In this document: positions 1 to 13,246 of the stretch, in pieces
Layout: the number at the start of each line of letters is the position of its first letter
Position numbering within the stretch: position 1 is the stretch's first letter
DNA from: Eledone cirrhosa
Lineage: Eukaryota
DNA length: 64,000 bases
Assembly (NCBI GenBank): GCA_964016885.1
Contig: OZ024742.1
Location: forward strand, 325,314,001 to 325,378,000
Direction: 5' to 3'
Made by a program: the position numbers and the translations under genes
The notes under the pieces: model-generated
Told to the model about the DNA's origin: nothing
What the model saw: only the letters and a program-made list of their open reading frames with translations
Databases searched by the model: none

Positions 1-156
1 TGTCGAGTAATCATATATACATATATACAAACATGCTATATATATACACACAGAGACCGACACGCACACACGCGCACCCACACGCAAACACACACACATA
101 TAAGGGAACAAAGAATCAGTGTTGCATCATATACACACGCGAGTTTTCATGTTAAA

Positions 157-248
157 ATATATCTGAGGAGCATACGATTCCAGAGTCAGGTCCGATTATT
201 AGTAGATCGGTCCTGGAGCTGATCGACAGAGAAACATGTGTAATATGT
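157..248 (+). ncRNA. Hammerhead ribozyme motif (type I, Penelope-associated, partly decayed)
   Basis: Stem I atatat/atatgt; core CTGAGGA (163-169); long stem II; GAAA (231-234); short stem III AC-ATGT-GT; GTA cleavage triplet. The closing pair of stem II is mismatched. Confidence 0.5.
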
Positions 249-420
249 AATTAAATACCTATATGATGCAGCACTGATTCTTTGTTCTTTTATATATTAA
301 TACTATTGATACCCTGCTCCCCAAGAGCATCGAGTGCTCATTCGGCATACCATCTATGGACGCAATTAACTTGTACCTTAATACCTATACATACACACAT
401 CTATATATATATATATATAT

Positions 421-520
421 ATATAATGTTTAATATAGAAATGGCTTCTACAGGACTAGAACTATTTCATTGAAACAGTTCTAGCCCTGTAAAAGCCATT
501 TCTATATTAAACATTATATA
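421..520. repeat. ~100-bp fold-back palindrome containing the 3' half of an HHR, followed by a ~60-nt unique tail
   Basis: Arms 421-469 and 471-520 are near-perfect reverse complements. The right arm reads GAAA-CAG-ttctagcc-CTG-TA (stem III plus GTA). It abuts (TA)n. Confidence 0.8.
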
Positions 521-582
521 CTCTGCTATGTATAGTGTACCTTACTTACTGTGGTTGCCCCCGATTGAACCCGAGATATACG

Positions 583-635
<53 letters not shown>

Positions 636-662
636 CTATATACATACATACATATATATATA

Positions 663-1036
663 TATATTGAAAATATAACAAGGACGATTGGTTACTCCCT
701 CATTACATTTATTGGTAGGTGACGCGCGTTTCGCCACTGATCAGCTCAATGTTCGATCTGTATCGATCTTACCCGACTCTGTAATCGGCAGCTCGACGGA
801 CCCTTTAAAATGCTATGAGAAAACGAATACAGGCTATATGATAAAGTCCTGACTTTATCATATAACATGTATTCATTTTCTTATAGCATTTTAAAGGGTC
901 CGTCGAGCTGCCGATTATAGAGTCGGGTAAAATCGATACAGATCGAACATTGAGCTGATCAGTGGCGAAACGCGCGTCACCTACCAATAAATGTAATGAG
1001 GGAGTAACCAATCGTCCTTGTTATCCTTTCAATATA
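663..1036. repeat. ~370-bp fold-back palindrome (Penelope-derived, HHR-like fold in each arm) with tail to ~1138
   Basis: Arms mirror around 849-850 (ataaagtc-ct-gactttat). The palindrome plus tail is flanked by (TA)n on both sides. Confidence 0.9.
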
Positions 1037-1138
1037 TTACACTCTGTATAGCTCTACACCTCAACACAGAAGTGAACCTAAACATCGAGTGCTCACCCGG
1101 GTGAACCTGCAGTAACTCCAAGTTACACTCCCTAGATA

Positions 1139-1142
1139 CATA

Positions 1143-1227
<85 letters not shown>

Positions 1228-1230
1228 AGG

Positions 1231-1287
<57 letters not shown>

Positions 1288-1315
1288 AGGTATATATATA
1301 TATATATATATATGG

Positions 1316-1382
<67 letters not shown>

Positions 1383-1400
1383 TATACATATACGTATATA
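1139..1400. repeat. (TA)n microsatellite with three GGAGG interruptions
   Basis: Read directly from the sequence. Confidence 0.95.
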
Positions 1401-1442
1401 TGCATACACAACCTATGATGTCTGTCTACCTGCATCTTTCAG

Positions 1443-1500
1443 ATGAATGAACGGAAACAGAAGGTGTATTGGTCTGTGTATTATAGCCGGGTGGAGAGAG
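1443..1500 (+). CDS. Candidate host coding exon ([20 protein letters not shown]), product unknown
   Basis: Acceptor catctttcAG (1441-1442) and donor AG|GTAGTG at 1501. Only one frame is open, and it continues in phase into 1905-1981. Confidence 0.35.
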
Positions 1501-1904
1501 GTAGTGACATTTATTAAAGAGAGAGTCGGAGAGAGGATATCAGTCCCATATTACATGTAGCTCCGAAATAATTTTATATTTGCTGATGAAAATAATATCG
1601 TTTGATACGGAAAACGCGATGTATTCTGAACTCTTATTTACTGAATATTCATAAATATTGTTGCTGTAGTTGTTGATGTTGTTGTTGTTGTTGTTACTGT
1701 TACTATTATTATTAGTTGGACTTCCTTAGATGTCTAGAGACACTCCTGGGGACTTCTTATTTATTATTGTTACTGAATGATTGAAGTGGCATTTATTACG
1801 CTGGGATTATAAGGGCGTAGCTAACATCAAAGGTTGGGTGGAGAAGTATTACAAACCTACTCATGCACTTTCACCTCTCTGACAACTTTCATCTCTATTT
1901 CCAG

Positions 1905-1981
1905 AATATGCCAATGCGGACTCGGGGAAATTGCAAAGGGTCCTATCGGCCGTATTTAGATTATATCAGAGTTGCAGATAG
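1905..1981 (+). CDS. Candidate terminal coding exon (EYANADSGKLQRVLSAVFRLYQSCR*)
   Basis: Branch-like CTGAC, a polypyrimidine tract and CCAG acceptor (AG at 1903-1904). In phase with exon 1443-1500; stop TAG at 1979-1981. Confidence 0.35.
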
Positions 1982-2704
1982 AAACGTTCTAGGTCTTGGG
2001 ATATAAGGGACATGAAATTGTGACATGTATAGATACCTTTGAACAGACTAATGAACAGACAAATGAACAGTGTCCTGGTTACAGAAGCCTGAACGCATCT
2101 TTCACTGTCGGAAAACTCCAGGGAGATCAGGAAACGAATCAATCGAGATCTGGCGAGGGTTCTCATAAACAAGAGTTGGTTCGTTGCATTAAAAAAATAT
2201 ATATTAGAGGAATATTAGTGAATTTAAGCAACAAAAAAACAAAACAAAAACGCAGAACTGTGGAGCCAGCTAGTGATTTAAAAGTATCGTATATGAGAGG
2301 CATCTCAGCTAACTTGCTAGTGGGGAATATGGCTCTCAACCGTTTCTCCAACGCGTAAGAAGAATGTGATTCCTAGTTCGACGTCATGGATTAAAAGATG
2401 AATCCTAAATGTGTCTGATTTAATTCCTTTATTAAAATATACTATGTAAAGCTACTTAAATTCTCGGTTTCCTTGACCGTCTATCTCTTGTGACTCTGGC
2501 TATTGCGAAAGTGTAGATACATAAGGTAGATATATAATGACTATCGATAGGCAAGAGGGTAGATTGGAAGACTGCAAAATTGATAGATAGAGAGTCATAA
2601 AGCTACATAGAGAGATTGGTATGACAATAGAGCTTTAGGTAAATACATTGATATGCATATATATATATAAATAAATAAATATATATATATATATATATGT
2701 ATAT

Positions 2705-2749
2705 AGTATGACTCCGACGGCAGAGAGCTCAAGCCGTCGAGGTCATACT
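2705..2749. repeat. Miniature fold-back of the Naiad HHR stem III/stem I region
   Basis: agtatgac-tc-cgacggc...gccgtcg-ag-gtcatact; homologous to 13141-13180 and 26711-26760; next to (TA)n. Confidence 0.65.
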
Positions 2750-2993
2750 TGGCAACATCACAATATATATAGCAACATCACAACTTACAATTAAGGACAA
2801 AATGAAAACACACACACACATAGAACAAACAACCAACCAGTAACCTGTAAATAAACAAATAAATAAACAAATGTAAACACACACAGAAACCTGGATGTAA
2901 CACATGCGCAAACTAAGCACACAACACACACAAAAACAAGATGGCGTAGGACAGAACAAAGGAGAGGCACAAAAACAAAGAAAAGAATCCCCA

Positions 2994-3036
2994 GTCACTG
3001 AAGAGGTCACATAATGTGTGACGAAAAAACTTTGAC
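2994..3036 (+). ncRNA. Minimal hammerhead motif lacking helix III
   Basis: gtca-CTGAAGA-g-gtcacat-aat-gtgtgac-GAAA-aaac-TT-tgac. Stem I gtca/tgac; 7-bp stem II. Confidence 0.55.
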
Positions 3037-3456
3037 AATATACGAACAATCGTCTGGTTGTGGAACCAACCAACCAACCGGAAATTTATAAATTCTGAAA
3101 TTTATAAATTTAATTTAATTTATTATAAATTAAAGTGAAAGCAACTGGTGCGTGTGTTTCTTATTGGCAACATGACCCTCCCAAAGAATAACAATATCGG
3201 TTTCAACACACGTTTTCAGATAAAGAATCTTGCTAAACAAATTCAGAAACGAAATATATATATATATATATATAAGATAAAACAATGAAATAAAAATTCA
3301 AGTCATTAGAAATATACTTCACTGCATTACGATCGTTTCTATGTGATAATAATACATCGTACGCATATTTCGTTATCCATCAATGTAGGGTTATTTATAA
3401 AATATCAAATAAGGAATATATTTACCCACATGTATATCATCAGCCGTTGTCAAAAG

Positions 3457-3520
<64 letters not shown>

Positions 3521-4986
3521 TATATTATATTATATTATATTAAGTAGTAACAGGTAAAAAAGTAGACAAATCTGTCGAAGTTCGAAGAAAGATGTGGTGC
3601 ATAATATAGTATTTTACACTTGTTTCAATTCAGTTATACAATCGCCAACGAGAGCTGAAAGATTATTTGATTCACTATACCGAAATGTATGAGAACCTAT
3701 TATGCAATAAATATTTCCTCAAATTTCCACAGATTTTACCTACTTTTACCCTGTAACCTGTTCACTTTAAATTAATCTGTGAAATTCTTCTTGCAACTTA
3801 TGCACCATATTCGATAAGCTACTCCAAATAATCAAGATGCTTATGCTACAAAACTTCACCGATCCCGAGTACAATTAAGCCGTGTCACTTCCATTTATTG
3901 TTTCGCATATTCATTTTTCACAAACGTGAATTAGCTAACATGAGAAGTGCGCTAGCAGCTGAAGTGTATGATAAAGTGATATCTATATTAGAACAAAGGG
4001 TGTAACCAAGGCTGCAGCTGCATGTATCAATATTTTTAATATGTTGGCATGTAAACCTGAAGGAAAATATGTTTCCCTGTAACTTGAGAAATTGCTAAGC
4101 ATATCTAACAGACTTTTCACATCTTGGGCCCCCATCAGAAGACGTGTATATCATCCGACCGACCAGAAATATACACGGCGGGTATGTATACCCATTCGCT
4201 CTTATTATTATTCTAAAATGGACATACTAATTTGCATATAATTAACTCTCATGTTGGTAGTTAATTAAGATATCTTGTTAGATATTTGTTAACAGCCGAA
4301 GTGTATAATAAAGATGTATCTTTAAAGACTGCGCAAACGTTTATAAATATAAGCACATAAGTAATATATAGACATAGGAATTATGAATTTCCCTGTAAAT
4401 TGGATGTTACATGTGTCTTCTGATGAGAATCTTATCAGAGCCGAGAATCGATTAAGATACATTTCTCATTCCTACCACAAAATTTCTCATACATATATAC
4501 CAGAATGCTGTGTCATGTAATGGTGGGTCTTAACATGACATATATATTTACATAAATGTTTTGATGATTTTAAAATTAACATTCATAGATATGTTGTTGG
4601 TATTTCTTACAAAACACGCCTATCTGAAAAGGCTAACTAGGTTAGGAATTTGTGATGGAGGATTGTTCGTAGTTTCAGTATAGGTAGGCCCTTTCACTTC
4701 ATTTGCTACCTGGTAACAAAGCAAACATTGTAAAGTAAAAGAACATTGGTGTTCTACTGCCAATAGGGAAGTAAAGAAAATGTAGTCAGTCATTTAGTGG
4801 GAGGATACGAATCTAATTAGAAACGGAGAAAATATTTTCATTGATATATTGGGTTGTAATTGAAACATTATACAATATAACTAATGATAGGAAACAAATA
4901 CCATTAGAAAGTTACATTTTGGGAGAACCACACACACACACAAACCAAATTCTCTCTCTCTCTCTCTTTCCCTCTCTCTACACACG

Positions 4987-5021
<35 letters not shown>

Positions 5022-5058
5022 GTATACTTATATATATATATTTATATATATATATATG

Positions 5059-5089
<31 letters not shown>

Positions 5090-5155
5090 GTGTATATATA
5101 TATATATATGTGTGTGTGTGGGTGCGTGTGTAGAGAGAGAATTTGATCAGAAAGG

Positions 5156-5207
<52 letters not shown>

Positions 5208-5214
<7 letters not shown>

Positions 5215-5375
5215 ACATCAAAAGATGGTTAAAAGAGTTCCATGTATTTTATTAGGCGCATTTAAAAAACAAATATCATCATGGGATGATATTTGCGTTC
5301 TCATCAGATAAAATAGGGAGACATGATATGAAGCTTAAAAAACACTTGCGAGCAGTGAAGTGTTAAATCTACATA
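5208..5375 (-). mobile_element. Penelope-like terminal fragment with decayed HHR (same family as 25257-25636)
   Basis: Near-identical to 25270-25430. The minus strand has a CTGATGA core but GAAA is mutated. Starts at (TA)n and is followed on + by a GA-rich UTR-like tract. Confidence 0.65.
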
Positions 5376-6045
5376 TGAAAAGTAAAATAAGATGGATATA
5401 TGAGATTGGGAAAAAAAGAAGGAAGGGGGAAGGAAAAGGTAAGGAAGAGGAAAAAGGAAAATAAAGGATGACGGGGTGGAGTTTAAGAAAGAAGGATGAG
5501 AGAGGAGGAGAAATGAGTGAGAGAGAGAGAGATAGCCTTTAATACTGAGAAATACTGTCTCACAGAGAGAAATAAAAAAAAACGTTGTAAGATAATACAT
5601 AATTTAAAAAAAATGTTGAAATTAAAAGTTAATGACCTTTATGAATGGTGATGTTTATGATTAAAGAAAAAGGAATTAAGAATAGTATTTATTTAAGGTT
5701 TATATATTGAAGGGTTTAATAATATATGCAAAAGGGAATTTATTATATGCATTATTAAAATTAAAATATTAAGGAGATAAGGTGAATGAAGAAGAGATTA
5801 AATGAATTATGAACTTAGAGGAATTAGTTAGGGTCTAAGTTTGTTTCTATGTATTGTAATATGAAAAAGTAAATAATAGGTTTAATACGAGCACAGAAGG
5901 AGAGAAGAAAGAAAGAAATTTAAGGAAGAAAAAATATATAACGTCAAAAAAATATATGTTTACAAAATTTACTATTGGTAATATTAGTATATATTAAAAA
6001 TATAGTTTGTATGGCCAATAATATAAGGAAAATGCTATAGTGAGT

Positions 6046-6216
6046 AATAATTGTTTCTACTTTTGGCACAAGGCCAGCAATTACCCAGTGCATTACTGGT
6101 ACTTTATTTTATCGACCCCGTAAGGATGAAAGGCAAAGTTAACCTCGGCGGGGTTTGAACTCAGATCATAAAGGGACGTAACTCTATGCTTCAAAGCATG
6201 GTGTCCGACTCTCTAC
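6046..6216 (-). mobile_element. tRNA-derived SINE (Meta-SINE-like core)
   Basis: Reverse complement of the 27471-27646 family: B-box gagttcaaacc and core ttgcctttcatccttacggggtcgataaaataaagtaccag. Confidence 0.8.
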
Positions 6217-6460
6217 TATAGTGAGTAATAATATGAGTTAAGAAGTAATTGAGAATTGAGATATTGTCCGCACTAATCGGCCTTCCACATGCTGATGACC
6301 CACCGGGCCGAGTTGTATTGGAACGCAGTAAAATGGCGAAACATTCTCCTGGTGAGTGTGTACATGTGTGATTTAGGTGAGGTTGGTTTCTCATTTAAAT
6401 TTATACTTTTAATTTTAATGTTTTTCCTATGCCTCTAGTAGCTTATATTATCTTCCCGCT

Positions 6461-6520
6461 GGTGGTTTGAAATTCCTGTAAAGAAAAACACACTCTTCTG
6501 TGCCTGTCCTTCCCCTCTAT

Positions 6521-6551
<31 letters not shown>

Positions 6552-6808
6552 GTCAGAGCACGCTCAAGAAATGTTGGTAACATGTGAACCAGTACAACCA
6601 AGTGAATCGTCGATGACTAAACCAATCCATGGAGACCCTGGGGGATAAAAAACAAAATCCACTAAGGGTGATGTGCCAATACAGGCAACCTATTCAACAG
6701 AAAACTAAAACTCATTTCAAGGACTGTGCCAAAGATTGACTATCGGTGGTTTGAAATTCATGTAAAGAAAAACACACTTTTCTGTGTCTTTCCCCTCTAT
6801 ATATTGTA
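6461..6808. repeat. ~63-bp direct repeat flanking a ~220-bp insert
   Basis: ggtggtttgaaattc...ctctatattgta at 6461-6526 and again at 6746-6808. Confidence 0.7.
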
Positions 6809-8432
6809 TTTTAAAGTGCCCAGGAAAATTCTTTCCTTTGAGCTCATTTAATTACAGGATTATACGCGAGTCCTTTGCTCCGTTATTTTTACTTGATATA
6901 TATATATATACATACAAACAAATACATAATACATACATGCATACAAATATATATGCATGCATAAATACATACATCGATACCTACGTACATACATACAAAT
7001 ATACATGCATGCATAAATAAATACATACATAGATACATGCAGATACATACATTGATTGACATTATAATCTGCATGAACCATCGTACAATGTGAAAGATTC
7101 GTTGATCTACAATGTAAATGTAGCAAGAAATAGTTCCAGAAAATTAAATAAAATAAATAATGAAGGTAATCGGAAAGTTATCATGGAAATAACTCTTTAT
7201 ATTTCGAAATTAATACCTATTGATGAATAAAAAATACCTATTCGTGCGGGAACATAAATTGGTAGGTGGTGCTGCAGTTCACACAGGTATCCAGTATTGT
7301 AAAGCAGATATCAGGTCTTTCATTTGTTTCTTCAAAAGCTAACATAGTGTATTCGGCACCTTCTTAAACACATAACTGACCCTCACTCTATCGCACTATA
7401 CAGACTCTGGTCTCAAGTCCTTTTCATCTCGTTAGAATGCTATACCCATCACGTGAACAGATTTCTGCAAAGTTTGAGCTACTAAAAATTAAATAAGTTA
7501 ACTACGATATCAAGTGATATCGAACATGACTTCGTACTCTGCATGTTGGTGAGGCCAAGGTGTTTATTTACAAATAGAGTCACAAGCAGACACACGCAGT
7601 ATCTCGACCTTCTGTGCATAGACTGATTAATTAGGCAAGTTCGAAGTGGTGTGGGATATTTGTTAGGGTTCTCTGCGCTTTCTAATTTCCGCTTAAAAGA
7701 AGACTACATTAACTTCAATTGTTTACTGTTCGATAAGGAGACTACGAACCCAGGTTCCTTAGACTCCTGTGATCGCTCTGCCTGTCACATCATTGTTCCT
7801 CCTGTTGATCAATAAACAGCACAAATCTGGACAGTCTGCAAGTGTCAGTAATAATCCTGTCAGAGATATTGTTATTTCTCCTCTTTCCTCCGTCTGACTA
7901 ACATGTAAAGAAACAATACATACACATATAACACTTAGAAAAGGCCAGAAAGCTAACCTACATTTTATATAAAACGATGCAGATTTATATTCCTATTGAT
8001 TAACAATATGTGAAAGGAAACTATAAATTGAAACATCGCCAAAAGAATATCTGAACGCACCAATAATAAGATATGTTTTTAGATTAACTGGAGAATTATG
8101 GTTCATTTAGTAGGACAATCAATGATACACTTAACTGCGTAATTTTTTTTGTTGCTTTTGTTTCTTTTTCCTAATCTCCGCAAAACAATATTCGGCCAAA
8201 AATATGGTTTCTAATTTATTGTGACCTTGTTTACTTTCGAGAGGAAAATTTATTACCTACATGAAAGGAAAGCAACAGTATAAAACAGAAGAATGAAGTC
8301 ATATATATATATATACACATACTCTCACACAAAGACAAATAAATACACACAAACACACACACACACACATACATATATATATATATGTTTATGTATATGT
8401 ATATTTATATATGTGTCTATGTGTGTGTGTGT

Positions 8433-8482
<50 letters not shown>

Positions 8483-8880
8483 GTGTGTGTGTGTGTATGT
8501 GCGCGTGTGTGTGTGTGTGTATCTGTTCGAATTGTGTACGTTATCAGTTCGGCTATAACGACAATAGTATCAAAATTCCTCGGCGAATGTCTTTCCTTAG
8601 GGCAACATCTGTTTTATGGAATGGAGGTCCTGCCATCCATTAAAAAAAAAAACAACAAAAGTCATTTCTCGGTCTTCACCGTAGCCACTTGTTTGTATCA
8701 ACAAAGGCGCTACTTAGAAATTCTGGGAACATATGATTTGTTTTTTCGTATACTTTTCGTATTTTTTTCGCATTTTATTGTGTGTATATATATGGTTGCG
8801 CTTGCCAGCATAACTCGGATATTGCGTTTCGCTTTGTTTTCGACCACTGCCGAAATTCGATCTCGCTGCAATTATATTTG

Positions 8881-9008
<128 letters not shown>

Positions 9009-9586
9009 AAGAGAGAGAGAATAGAAGTAGGATTTAGCGTCAAGTATAGCTGTATACAGATATGTATTGGAATTCCGTATTTCTAAAGAAACACGGTATG
9101 TTTATTGATAGACATTTAGAAAGCCGTAGCTATGCTACAACACCGGTGGTTATCACCCACTGCTGGTGTCCAGCAGAAAATAGCGGGACATTCGTCGATG
9201 TATTTCGAACTTAACTGGTTCTCACCAGACCGATCCCTTCCGATCTGGCGACTGATGGACTTGAAAACAATCGAGAATATATAGTTTTCTCATCTGTGTA
9301 AATGAAGTGATTAATCTCATTTGTATATGAAGCTGCATAAGTTAGCTCGACTTGTGTGTGTAATTATTACTAGAAATAGCAAAACTGTGTAACAATTCAA
9401 CGTATGCGTAGCGAATGTAGTATACATGTAAAATGTGTCTTGGTGATGTTTATTACGAGAATTGATAATTGGTGATTGACAACAATCATTAAAACGATTA
9501 TAAATATCGTTGTTTGGAGTTCTATGAAACCGATATATGAGAATGTTATTTAAGTGAGGACATCTACTATTTGTTGTTCTATATAT

Positions 9587-9765
9587 ATGGGAGCCCCTAC
9601 AGGGACACACTAGAAGAGGAAGACCAAGGTTAACGTATGTTGATGCCCTAAGGACAGACACTGGTCTGTTGGAGACGCAGGACATGGCAGCGATAATGAG
9701 GGACAGAGACCGCTGGAGAGAACTCGTCCATGGATCTCGGTAATTTTACCCGCCTTAGATAGATA
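9587..9765 (+). mobile_element. 3' end of an RTE-like LINE with (ATAG)n tail
   Basis: Encodes WEPLQGHTRRGRPRLTYVDALRTD...RDRDRWRELVHGSR*, the RGRP...W C-terminus typical of RTE-type ORF2. A second copy lies at 26400-26674. Confidence 0.7.
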
Positions 9766-9840
9766 TATGTACATAATACTACTTTTGTTCTCAACTGGCT
9801 ATATAAAAACGATTTGCTGAAATATCCTTTACATATATAT

Positions 9841-10011
9841 AAGCAGCGTCTCTTTGCTTAAACTTTAATCTGTTATTTTAATAAATATTTCCTCTAGGGT
9901 TCTTATATATTTGATATATATTTATCCTTAAGGATATATCAAATATATAAGAACCCTAGAGCAAATATTTATTAAAATATCAGATTAAAGTTTAAGCAAA
10001 GAATCGCTGCT
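9841..10011. repeat. ~170-bp fold-back palindrome
   Basis: Arms 9841-9919 and 9933-10011 are near-perfect reverse complements. Confidence 0.85.
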
Positions 10012-10323
10012 TTCACCCTTAACGGGATCTTCTGAAACTAAATAAATCAATCTGTGAACGCAGAAGTACATATTTCGAAAAACCTTGCAACCGAAGGAAA
10101 ACAGGACGACGATACTTTGGTTCGTTTAAACGTTTCCTGGCAATGAACTGAAAAAAAAAGCGAGGATAATACATCGTTATGTGGAGCATTGAGAACAAAT
10201 ACACGCAAAGACAAAACCACGTTTGGTAACCACAGTAAGTGTGGTACTCAATACATAGCAGCGTATAACTATTTAATATAGAAATACCTTCGAGAGGACT
10301 AGAAATGTTTCATTCGAAGGAAA

Positions 10324-10470
<147 letters not shown>

Positions 10471-11377
10471 TACGTTTGTAAACATATGTATATACATACG
10501 TATAGCTCTAGCAATTTTCTTTTAGTTTTCATGTCTCTTATAATTCTTAAACCCATAATATATTATAATCACAGTTTATTCTGAAAATATGCCATATCCT
10601 CTGTAACAACATTTTAAGTAGCTATAAGTTTCTAAATCACTAGACCTTCACTTTAGTATAGATATATTTATTATCGTTGTAAGCCTCATTAAATTTTTAT
10701 TGTTTTCTTAATATATTCTATTAATATTAATTTTATAACTTCCTTGACAATGTGTAATTGAATTCATAAGTTCTATTCTTATATCTCTATCGCTATTTTA
10801 ATATATGTTATATTTCGTATCAATACGATGTAGGTCGTAAAATATCTATAGTTGCTGAGCTTAATTTTTCATTTGTTATCTCTGATAAATTTTACTTATA
10901 TTTCAGGCTTCCATAAATTTTAAAGTTTTCACTACAATATTTGAATGGTATTGTTTAAGTTTTCTGCTCTTTTCTCTCACGGGAATTCTAGAACGTGTAA
11001 AGCATTTATTTGTATTTGATTGATTCTGAGGAGTTGTAACAGGAACGGAATATTCTTGTTAGTCGAACGAAACAGGCCTGAATATATTATATGCTATAAT
11101 TAAAATCTTTTTTAATCTTTGGTTTTATCTATATTCTCTGTGAGATTATAACAATACTGTGAGTGGAAATCTAGCCATTGGATTAAAAACTGAACAGTAT
11201 ATGTCATAGGTTGCTGTGGATTATGAAATCCTATTCAGCATTAAATATTTTCTTTGTCTTCATATGGGTGTATTATCATATCAATTAAACTTTATATATA
11301 TATATATATATATATATCTTTGTGTGTATATATATATATTCCTTTGTGTGTATATATATTCGTTGGTTATATTTTGA

Positions 11378-11435
11378 ATACCTGATGATGTCACCGGATT
11401 CATAATGAACCAAGTAATTGAAATTATCATAGTAT
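11378..11435 (+). ncRNA. Decayed hammerhead motif
   Basis: atac-CTGATGA...GAAA-ttatca-TA-gtat. Stem I is intact and stem II is weak. Followed by a tail containing gttgagtgctc. Confidence 0.4.
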
Positions 11436-11647
11436 AATAAACCTTTCAAGGATTTACACCAGTTCAGCCTCCTGTTATTTTATATTAATTAACTCCGTTC
11501 TCGCACCACCAACTACACTAACGAAGACGGATGAGTTGCATTACGTTGAGTGCTCTCCATAATATTACATCGAGGTTGACCATACGGAATGACCAGTTCT
11601 ATTCAGTCGTGAACCAACAAACCTAAATAAATATACATATATATGTA

Positions 11648-11692
<45 letters not shown>

Positions 11693-11694
<2 letters not shown>

Positions 11695-11938
11695 CACCTT
11701 GATCACCTTGACCACCAGTCTATCAGGTGTCAATCGGCGCCGCTGGTCATAGCACGTAAGATAACGCCATCCCACTGGCTGGGCGGGCAGGTACTCATTT
11801 CTACAGCTGAGTAAACTAGAGCAACGTGAAATAAAGTGTCTTGCTCAAGGAAACAACACACCACCCGGTCTGAGAATTGAACTCACAACCATTCGATTGC
11901 AAGCCCAATGCTCTAACCACTACGCCATGCGCCTTCAC
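11693..11938 (-). mobile_element. tRNA-derived SINE with CORE-like domain
   Basis: On the minus strand: A-box tggcgtagtgg, B-box gagttcaattc, then tccttgagcaagacacttt; (TA)n on both sides. Confidence 0.75.
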
Positions 11939-11970
11939 ATATATGTTTATATATATATATATATAAAACC

Positions 11971-12426
11971 ATGAGTATACCACCAGTACATCAAACTAAC
12001 CATAATATATCCTCAGATACAGGATTCACGAAAAGTTGTAACTGTAGAAACAAGGCAAACTGTCCATTAAAAGGAAATTGCCATGTTAATAACATAGTAT
12101 ATAAATGTAAAGTGAACACTAAGGACTCAATTTATTCATATATAGGAGCTACCTCTAACAAATTTAAGGTAAGATTTAATACCCACAAACATAGTTTTAA
12201 AAATGCCGCACTAGCTAATACAACATCTCTAGCTGAAATAATAAATAGTTATAGAAAGAGGAATATAGAATATGACCTGACCTGGAGTGTGCTCAAAAGG
12301 GCCACCCCTTATCAAAATAGTAGAAATGAATGTAGATTATGTTCCCACGAACTTTTTGAAATAATGAAATCTAAGGATATCCTATTAAATAAGCGACAGG
12401 AATTAATAATATCGTCTAATCATTAA
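11971..12426 (+). pseudogene. GIY-YIG endonuclease fragment of an AT-rich Naiad/Penelope-like element
   Basis: CNCRNKANCPL, NIVYKC...SYIGAT..FKVRFNTH, CRLC..E; aligns by eye to the C-terminus of the 16031-17632 ORF. Confidence 0.85.
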
Positions 12427-12442
12427 ACTGAGAAAAACCTTT

Positions 12443-12668
12443 AAATATTATAAACCTAATTAAAATACACTTTAGAAATTAATTTATAAATTATTTTTAA
12501 TTTAGTTAACATATAATTAATATTCTACTACTGATGAACTACATAATTCTGCTTTAAAAATTATAAACCTAATTAATATACACTTTAGAAATTAATATAA
12601 TACTATTTTTAATTTAGTTAACCTATAATTAATATTCTACTACTGATGAACTACATAATTTTGCTTTC
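12443..12668. repeat. Tandem duplication, ~115-bp unit x2
   Basis: ttataaacctaatta...ctactactgatgaactacataatt occurs twice. Confidence 0.8.
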
Positions 12669-12719
12669 CTTCTTACAAATATCATTTCCTAAAATTGATA
12701 CCATTAAGTAAACATATAT

Positions 12720-12855
12720 AATTGTTTCTACTTTAGGCACAAGGCCAGAAATTACCCAGTTCATTACTGGTACTTTATTTTATCGATCCCGTAAGGATGA
12801 AAGGCAAAGTAAGCATATATAATGCTTTAACTTCAGGTTATGACTCTATGTTCCT
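12720..12855 (-). mobile_element. Partial tRNA-SINE (same family as 6046-6216)
   Basis: attgtttctactttaggcacaaggccag...aaggatgaaaggcaaagt. Confidence 0.75.
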
Positions 12856-13089
12856 TGAAAACTATATATATTTACTATTTCTCACTAATAAATTTAATCC
12901 CCCCCCAATAATTATATGTATATATAAGTGTATATGTGTGTCTATATATATGTGTATGTATGTATGCATGTATATATATATGTATATATATATATATATA
13001 TATGTGTATGTGTATGTATATATATATATATATGTGTGTATGTGTGTGTGTGTATGTGTATATATATGTATATATATATATATATATAA

Positions 13090-13142
<53 letters not shown>

Positions 13143-13152
13143 AACCAGTAAG

Positions 13153-13246
13153 ACCCCGACAGCTGAGCTCAAGCCGTTTCGACGGCTAATTCTGGACTAA
13201 ATGAAAATTTATCCTGGTATTTAAATAGCCGATCTTCTCAAGGGGT
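13153..13246 (-). ncRNA. Type I hammerhead ribozyme, U3-A8 core variant (left arm copy)
   Basis: Reverse complement of 18772-18865. Confidence 0.75.

Noticed and set aside
282-1435. Many '[16 protein letters not shown]' ORFs here and throughout the window
   Set aside because: They are stop-free translations of (TA)n/(CA)n microsatellites, not genes.
4411-4461. HHR-like atgtgtctt-CTGATGA...aagatacat
   Set aside because: Stem I pairs but the GAAA core is missing, so it is a remnant only. Similar incomplete motifs at 3324-3445, 11026-11085, 22160-22192, 60497-60520 and 62015-62030 were not called.
7230-7910. Complex unique sequence with acceptor-like sites on the minus strand
   Set aside because: All three frames after the ~7465 acceptor contain stops, and there is no recognisable product.
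11880-11938. tRNA genes at SINE heads (also 27471-27560 and 60305-60370)
   Set aside because: A/B boxes are present but there is no complete cloverleaf; the first two continue into SINE bodies.
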